Below are positions 62,326-64,000 of a stretch of DNA of 64,000 nucleotides, piece by piece. The stretch spans positions 256,001 to 320,000 of the forward strand of contig CAWEPK010000005.1 of NCBI GenBank assembly GCA_963810935.1. Direction: 5' to 3'. This DNA is from an uncultured delta proteobacterium (GTDB lineage: Bacteria; Desulfobacterota; Syntrophorhabdia; Syntrophorhabdales; WCHB1-27). Position 1 is the stretch's first letter, and the number at the start of each line of letters is the position of its first letter. Below the pieces are notes generated by a model that was given only the letters and a program-made list of their open reading frames with translations, was not told the origin of the DNA and made no database searches. The position numbers were made by a program, and so were the translations under genes.

Positions 62326-62355
62326 AGAATATCACTTTCATCCTCTCGCTGTCAA
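62326..62355 (-). promoter_or_regulatory. sigma70 promoter of the str operon
   Basis: TTGACA-N18-TATTCT with a TGn extended -10, about 85 nt upstream of rpsL. Confidence 0.6.
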
Positions 62356-62618
62356 GAGGATTCTTGACTCCCACCTGTAATCTTTATCAGGCAAATGCTT
62401 GTGTTTTTTTAAAACGCTGCATACAACCATCTGCGAACCCGGATAAAGATAAAAGTATCCCCCTTTTTGAGAATATCGCATATTATACTACGCATAAGGC
62501 AAAAATGGAAGACTTTCAAGCCCTTACCGTCAATTTTTTTGACAGGGCAGGCCGCATGCCCGACTTTTTTACGGCCCGTAGCCTCGCCGGACGTAGGAGA
62601 TAGGCTGTAAATCGGGGC

Positions 62619-63539
62619 TTATTTCATGAGCGCGAGGGCGCCTGCGATCTCCGTGTCTCCGCTGAAGGTCGACTTCTTCCCGTCCCGGATTATGATGCAC
62701 GTAGGGGTCGAGGCCACCTTGTCCTCCCGCATGAGCGCCGACAGCGCTGCAAAGGTCGGCCTGGTGTCTGTCTCCCTGAATTTGATGTCGTGCGCCTTTA
62801 AAAAGTCTTCGAGCTTATCCCGCTCCGTGATTTTCTGGCTTGCCGCCTCGAAAAGAAGCGCCCTCGACCGCAGCACCTGGTCGAACTTCCTGTCTGCGAT
62901 CAAAATATAAAGAAAATACTTGGCATAGAGCGGCGTGTGCGTGTGGATGGGCGTATCGACGAACGTGAGGGTCACGGCGTTTTTGCGCACCAGGTCTTTG
63001 AGCACCGGCTCTATCTGCGGCTCCAGGCGGCTGCACGGTCCGCAGAAATAATCCGTATAAAGCCTTACCTGGACCTTACCCGTACCGAAAGAGGGCATCA
63101 GGACCTCGTCGGCATAGGCAGGCGTCATGGCCCCCTTGAAAAAAACGAGGCAGAGGAAAAAGCCGATGGCGGCGCAGATGCCCATAAGCGGCAGCCTGGA
63201 CCGCCTCCAGTTGAAAATGAAGAGGAAGATCAGGATGGCCGCGAAGCCTAGGCAATAGGGGCAATAGGTGCCGTTTTTGACCTGGAAGGCCACCAGGTTG
63301 GCCTCCACCCCGACACCCAGGGAAAGCACGGCTATGTGGGAGGCGTCCCGCCTGAGCAGGACGAGCGCAGCCAGAAGGAGCGCGTAGGCGATGCCGAGGT
63401 ACTTCAGGTCGATGCCCAGAAAATCCCCTTTCAGGAACGTGCAGGCCGACCCGCAAAAATTATAGAAAACGATCAGGCCAAGGCCGGCAAGCGGCAAAAT
63501 AATGTTGACTATCTTTCTCGCGCTCATGGCTTTCGACAC
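62619..63539 (-). CDS. VKOR-like membrane domain fused to a thioredoxin/DsbA domain
   Basis: Loop CGSAC, TM-edge CPYC, C-terminal YTDYFCGPC and STPT (cis-Pro loop). Confidence 0.75.
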   Translation of the reverse strand: MSKAMSARKIVNIILPLAGLGLIVFYNFCGSACTFLKGDFLGIDLKYLGIAYALLLAALVLLRRDASHIAVLSLGVGVEANLVAFQVKNGTYCPYCLGFAAILIFLFIFNWRRSRLPLMGICAAIGFFLCLVFFKGAMTPAYADEVLMPSFGTGKVQVRLYTDYFCGPCSRLEPQIEPVLKDLVRKNAVTLTFVDTPIHTHTPLYAKYFLYILIADRKFDQVLRSRALLFEAASQKITERDKLEDFLKAHDIKFRETDTRPTFAALSALMREDKVASTPTCIIIRDGKKSTFSGDTEIAGALALMK

Positions 63540-63637
63540 TATTTAAAGTTTAAATGGAGTGCGGGGGGCAAGTCAAGGTGCTAACGCGCGGACCGGTATA
63601 TTCAGGTTCATTTTCCGCCCCTGCCGCACCTTTTGAA

Positions 63638-64000
63638 TCAACGCTGTTTAACCCTGACGATGAGCCCTTTCAGGTACTCCGTCTCGGGGATGGTGAGCAG
63701 CACCGGGTGGTCCGCCGCCTGCGTCAGCTCGCGGACCAGGTAGACATCGGCGCGGCCGTAAGCAGCAATGCGCACCATGTCCCTGAACCTCGACGGCTTC
63801 ATGTGGTAAGAACACGAAAAAGTGAACAGGTGGCCTCCCTCGGTGAGGCGCCGCAAAGCCTTCTTGTGCAAGTCTATGTAGCCTCTTTCGCCTTCCTTTA
63901 TCTTCTTTTTCGATTTTATGAACGAAGGGGGATCGAGGACCAGAAGGTCGTGCTCCTCCGTCGATTCCTTGAGATAGTCGAAGGCGTCGCTTTTCACGAA
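63638..64000 (-). CDS. RlmI/RlmK-like class I SAM-dependent rRNA methyltransferase, C-terminal part
   Basis: DAF.YL, DLLVLDPPSF.K, G.L.TFSCS, DHP....PET.YLK. Confidence 0.85.
   Translation of the reverse strand, partial: FVKSDAFDYLKESTEEHDLLVLDPPSFIKSKKKIKEGERGYIDLHKKALRRLTEGGHLFTFSCSYHMKPSRFRDMVRIAAYGRADVYLVRELTQAADHPVLLTIPETEYLKGLIVRVKQR

Noticed and set aside
62350..62543. GTCAA...TTGAC inverted repeats upstream of rpsL as operator sites
   Set aside because: The two palindromes have different spacings and one overlaps the -35 hexamer; insufficient evidence.

Overview
Chromosomal window from a GC-rich bacterium. Gene content and order (gap-pgk-tpiA-secG-tRNA-Leu, EF-Tu with a CxxC insert, zinc-type S14/S18/L36) suggest a Desulfobacterota/deltaproteobacterial anaerobe; this is inference. 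From left to right: (1) 1-8.1 kb, accessory genes including a candidate isoprenoid-lipid cluster; (2) 8.1-30.2 kb, a ~22-kb minus-strand Wzx/Wzy exopolysaccharide operon; (3) 30.4-33 kb, envelope genes; (4) 33.3-42.4 kb, a queA-tgt-yajC-rpsF-priB-like-rpsR-rplI-dnaB-pgsA-gap-pgk-tpiA-secG-tRNA-Leu run; (5) 44-62.2 kb, the str/S10/spc/alpha ribosomal superoperon. Highlights: a ~77-nt three-hairpin repeat family with covarying stems inside operons, one copy flanked by an exact 56-bp duplication of the infA 3' end; an OPX/Wza exporter ending in a peptidase-S74-like chaperone domain; rplC missing from the S10 operon; six (probably seven) single-base insertions all at GAGCTS, suggesting sequencing error at a modified motif rather than pseudogenes; a BY pseudokinase; and an ops-like site in the EPS leader. 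Family assignments come from motif recognition by eye, not database searches.
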